This document shows positions 56,204-56,204 of a stretch of 56,204 nucleotides of DNA, in pieces (position 1 is the first letter of the stretch; the number at the start of each line of letters is the position of its first letter). Below the pieces are notes generated by a model, which made no database searches, had not been told where the DNA came from, and saw only the letters and a program-made list of their open reading frames with translations. Made by a program: the position numbers and the translations under genes. The stretch covers positions 1-56,204 of IMG/VR virus record IMGVR_UViG_3300007960_000028. One strand, written 5' to 3'. This stretch comes from a virus (taxonomy: Duplodnaviria; Caudoviricetes).

Positions 56204-56204
56204 T

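Overview
Very AT-rich, gene-dense fragment of a large (probably jumbo) dsDNA phage genome. No rRNA, tRNA or CRISPR array was seen. All convincing genes are on the minus strand except one 3578-aa gene. The host is probably Bacteroidota/FCB: eight promoters match TTTG-N20-TAnnTTTG, and the last ORF ends in a T9SS (Por) sorting domain. Left to right: (1) an Rnl1-type RNA ligase, two glycosyltransferase-like genes and small ORFs; (2) three giant paralogous proteins built from a repeated scaffold domain carrying swappable beta-propeller inserts, two of them near-perfect 7 x 44-aa repeats; (3) small ORFs with an endolysin, ThyX and a 3'-5' exonuclease; (4) a 14.6-kb glycan-modification cluster, including a GT2 interrupted by a mini-intein at its catalytic ED motif and an in-frame split GT4; (5) a T4-like replication module with Cas4/RecB-like nuclease, dNMP kinase, clamp loader, putative clamp, family B polymerase and dUTPase. 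Most striking: a DNA methyltransferase gene bounded by a 24-bp direct repeat of the polymerase 3' end, so both proteins end in DYSDFY, a probable sliding-clamp-binding tail. All calls are from motif recognition by eye; no database searches were run.
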